Assembly (NCBI GenBank): GCA_965652295.1
Contig: CBFGTS010000003.1
Location: 128,001 to 192,000, forward strand
Source: an uncultured Haloferula sp.
GTDB lineage: Bacteria > Verrucomicrobiota > Verrucomicrobiia > Verrucomicrobiales > Akkermansiaceae
Reading direction: 5' to 3'
DNA: 64,000 nt
Below the pieces are notes generated by a model. That model was not told the origin of the DNA, ran no database searches, and saw only the letters and a list, made by a program, of their open reading frames with translations. The first letter of the stretch is position 1. Every line of letters starts with the position of its first letter. The translations under genes were made by a program, and so were the position numbers. Below, one piece after another: positions 62,547-64,000 of this stretch.

Positions 62547-64000
62547 TCAGTGAGCGGTCGACAGGTCGACCACCCCGGTGACCGGAGGGCTGTGAGACAT
62601 TGAGCAATGATTGTGGACGACGACGGACTGCCGTTGACCCTCAGGAGTGAGGGTTCGGCACGCATCCGTGAGCAGGATCGGTCCCTCACAGTACGCACAG
62701 TGCCCCTTCTGGCGCCGAAATGCGGCCGCTTCGATGTTTAGGGGAGTCGCGTAGTAGCGGCTCCGTCTGAGGCGGAGCTGCCAGTACGGCCAGTCACTAT
62801 CGTAGTAGGACTTCCCTGGCTGAACGAGGATCTGTTTGGAGATCCCGGTGTCTGCGAGTCTCTTCAGGGTGGGGCCATTCTTCACGAACGGCGACGTGAA
62901 CGCCCAGTCGCGATTCCGCGGCGTCCCGTCCTTCCGTTTCAACGGATTTCCGTTGTGGTCCAGCTCGATCCCGCTGAAGAGACGCTTCTTGATCCATCCC
63001 GCGGACTTGTCGGAGAATCGGCGCTTTGCCCACCCTCTCAACTTCGTGTGGATCTTGTGATCCATCCGGGAGAAGGTCTCCGTGGCGTTGCTGTAGCGAT
63101 AATAGTTCGCCCAACCGCTGATCATCCGATTGAGGTGGACGATCATGATCGAGATCGGGTCCTTCCTCCCCGACTTCATCCGATGTTGTCTTGCCCCCCG
63201 GCTCTTCCGGGAGAGCTTGAGCCGGTCTGCGTAGTCGGCGATGTCGCGGTAGAACCGCTTCTCGGCGGCCTTGCTAGGCCGCACGATGAGGTATGGCCTC
63301 TTGGTTCCTCCAAATTCGGTCGTCTCATGATGCTGGAGGTGGAAGCCCAGAAAGTCGAAGCCTGCGTGGGCCTCGTTCCCGGTGCGGTCCATCGTGTGGA
63401 CGATCTTGGTTTTCTGAAGGCTCAGTCTCAGCCCGAGCCCGGCCAGGTATTCGCCAATCGCCGTCGCGCTCCACTCGACAACCGCGTGGTCGGAGTGCGC
63501 TACGACCAGGTCGTCCGCGTAGATACTGATCGCCGGCTCGCCGAGCTTCGTCACCCGTCCGCGGAACTCCTTTCGGAACTCCTGGTGTAGGTGGGGCTCA
63601 AGGCTTGCCAAGGCGACGTTCGCCAGCAGAGGCGAAAGAGGTCCGCCTTGTGGCGTCCCCTTCATCGTGGGCTCAAAGGCCACCTCACTGAGCGCTCCGG
63701 CCTTGAGGATTCTCCTCAAGGAGAGCGTGATAAGAGGTAGTCGGCTTGTCCTGCGCAGCAACTCGTCGTGATCGAGATGGTCAAAGAACTTCTCGATATC
63801 CGCATCCAGAACCCATTCAGGTCCCGTTTTTCGGAAGTGACGCTGTAGATAGCCGATCGCATCATGGGTCCCCCGGCCCTTGCGGAATCCGTATTGCCTC
63901 GGCGAGAAGCGCGCTTCCCACTCGGGCTCCAGCGCCAACGCGATTAGGGCCTGATGGGCCCTGTCGATGAGATTAGGAATACCTAGGGGGCGCTTCTCCG
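62547..64000 (-). CDS. ltrA: Group II intron reverse transcriptase/maturase; 5' end outside the window
   Basis: KRPLGIP..DRA.Q, LEPEWEA.F, YGFR.GR, DIEKFFD, GTPQGGPLSPLLAN, YADD, GFDFLGF and X domain GWANYY. Confidence 0.93.
   Translation of the reverse strand, partial: EKRPLGIPNLIDRAHQALIALALEPEWEARFSPRQYGFRKGRGTHDAIGYLQRHFRKTGPEWVLDADIEKFFDHLDHDELLRRTSRLPLITLSLRRILKAGALSEVAFEPTMKGTPQGGPLSPLLANVALASLEPHLHQEFRKEFRGRVTKLGEPAISIYADDLVVAHSDHAVVEWSATAIGEYLAGLGLRLSLQKTKIVHTMDRTGNEAHAGFDFLGFHLQHHETTEFGGTKRPYLIVRPSKAAEKRFYRDIADYADRLKLSRKSRGARQHRMKSGRKDPISIMIVHLNRMISGWANYYRYSNATETFSRMDHKIHTKLRGWAKRRFSDKSAGWIKKRLFSGIELDHNGNPLKRKDGTPRNRDWAFTSPFVKNGPTLKRLADTGISKQILVQPGKSYYDSDWPYWQLRLRRSRYYATPLNIEAAAFRRQKGHCAYCEGPILLTDACRTLTPEGQRQSVVVHNHCSMSHSPPVTGVVDLSTAH

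Noticed and set aside
62547..64000. Retron, DGR or Abi reverse transcriptase
   Set aside because: The RT motifs, X domain and downstream DV hairpin are group II intron type; no TR/VR pair or msr-msd was seen.

Overview
GC-rich bacterial DNA, most likely Verrucomicrobia/PVC (inferred from a PEP-CTERM gene, C/A-rich SD-less leaders and gene content). After a chromosomal GH3 gene start and a LacI remnant, the 3' half of a tRNA-Leu(TAA) (888-944) sits next to a tyrosine integrase and marks the left end of an integrative element that probably extends past the window. Inside it are four zones. (i) About 2.8-8.8 kb of decayed defence and phage cargo: an RtcR/sigma54-HsdS deletion chimera, a truncated nuclease and a frameshifted terminase. 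(ii) A ~43 kb nitrogen-oxide respiration and NO-stress island: nirK-cyt c fusion with NirV-like and SCO genes, two heme radical SAM genes, nnrS, ric, nrdJ, norCBQDE(F), nsrR-gdhA/ptsP, ctaA, napD-A-B-ferredoxin-ORF-truncated hemoglobin, a tetraheme cyt c/NrfC/NrfD module, a second Rrf2 regulator and transporters. It has several visible operator motifs and no nosZ or nirS. (iii) A 52-61.5 kb mobile-element backbone: PD-(D/E)xK nuclease, DUF3150, DUF1257, DUF2997, Ycf46-like AAA ATPase and WGR-DNA ligase, with recurring hairpin leaders. (iv) A group II intron RT with domain V/VI, cut by the right edge. All family assignments come from motifs recognised by eye; no searches were run.
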